DNA of 6,959 nucleotides from positions 1 through 6,959 of the forward strand of contig NZ_JBHSTI010000027.1 of assembly GCF_042660085.1 (NCBI RefSeq). Reading direction: 5' to 3'. Below, piece by piece: positions 6,635 to 6,959 of this stretch. Made by a program: the position numbers and the translations under genes. A model generated the notes under the pieces. That model made no database searches, had not been told where the DNA came from, and was given only the letters and a program-made list of their open reading frames with translations. Position 1 is the stretch's first letter; each line of letters begins with the position of its first letter. Source of the DNA: Longivirga aurantiaca (GTDB lineage: Bacteria; Actinomycetota; Actinomycetes; S36-B12; CAIYMF01).

Positions 6635-6958
6635 ATGAGCACCACCGTCCCCAGCAGCCACGTTCACGTGCATCACGACACCTTCGAGAGGGCAGCGCTG
6701 ATCATGGCGCTGCTCGCTCTCGTCGCGGCTCTGGCCGCCCTTGCCGGGGTGGTCACGCACCTGGTCACCACTCCGACGACGACGGGCGTCGTCGTCTCCG
6801 CGCCCGGCCCGATGGCTGACAGTGCGGTCAAGACCGCGGGCGGCATCGTCCGGCCCTTCGAGACCGGCCTCGACCGCGCCGGCGCCTACATCCCGGTGCC
6901 GGTCCACGCCTACGCGGACCAGCCCGCCGGGATCCTCCAGCGCGGCCCGGTCTCCTAG
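6635..6958 (+). CDS. Small hypothetical membrane protein, 107 aa, with His-rich N-terminus and one predicted TM helix
   Basis: ATG at 6635 with near-ideal RBS AGGAGG (6624-6629), high GC at codon third positions, stop TAG 6956-6958. Sequence MSTTVPSSHVHVHHDTFERAALIMALLALVAALAALAGVVTHLVTTPTTTGVVV... shows a clear hydrophobic segment. Confidence 0.8.
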   Translation: MSTTVPSSHVHVHHDTFERAALIMALLALVAALAALAGVVTHLVTTPTTTGVVVSAPGPMADSAVKTAGGIVRPFETGLDRAGAYIPVPVHAYADQPAGILQRGPVS

Positions 6959-6959
6959 C

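Noticed and set aside
6541-6819. 92-codon ORF overlapping the small membrane protein gene, and the 164-codon minus-strand ORF at 6413-6907
   Set aside because: Composition is His/Arg/Gly shadow-like. The 6635-6958 frame has the ideal RBS and a coherent TM segment.

Overview
High-GC actinobacterial window, Cellulomonas-like in codon usage and gene content (genus is a guess). The minus strand carries the start of the conserved cell-division / Ser-Thr-phosphorylation cluster, in transcription order fhaA (DUF3662+FHA), fhaB (TM+FHA), pstP (PP2C phosphatase) and the first codons of an FtsW/RodA-family gene. Upstream of it, on the + strand, is a complete tRNA-Leu(CAG). Two strong tandem hairpins follow the tRNA. 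Next, on the minus strand, is a decayed ImmA/IrrE-type metallopeptidase remnant, with the HExxH region missing and an apparent frameshift at the C-terminal YRLINLG-like motif. Then comes a large + strand AAA/LuxR (LAL-type) transcriptional regulator, starting most plausibly at GTG 3774 rather than at the 3564 ORF boundary. It is followed by a well-supported small single-TM protein gene with a His-rich N-terminus and no assignable family. I see no CRISPR array, intact mobile element or clear novel defence or biosynthetic system. The best leads are the regulator/small membrane protein pair, the tRNA-adjacent gene remnant and the tandem hairpins.
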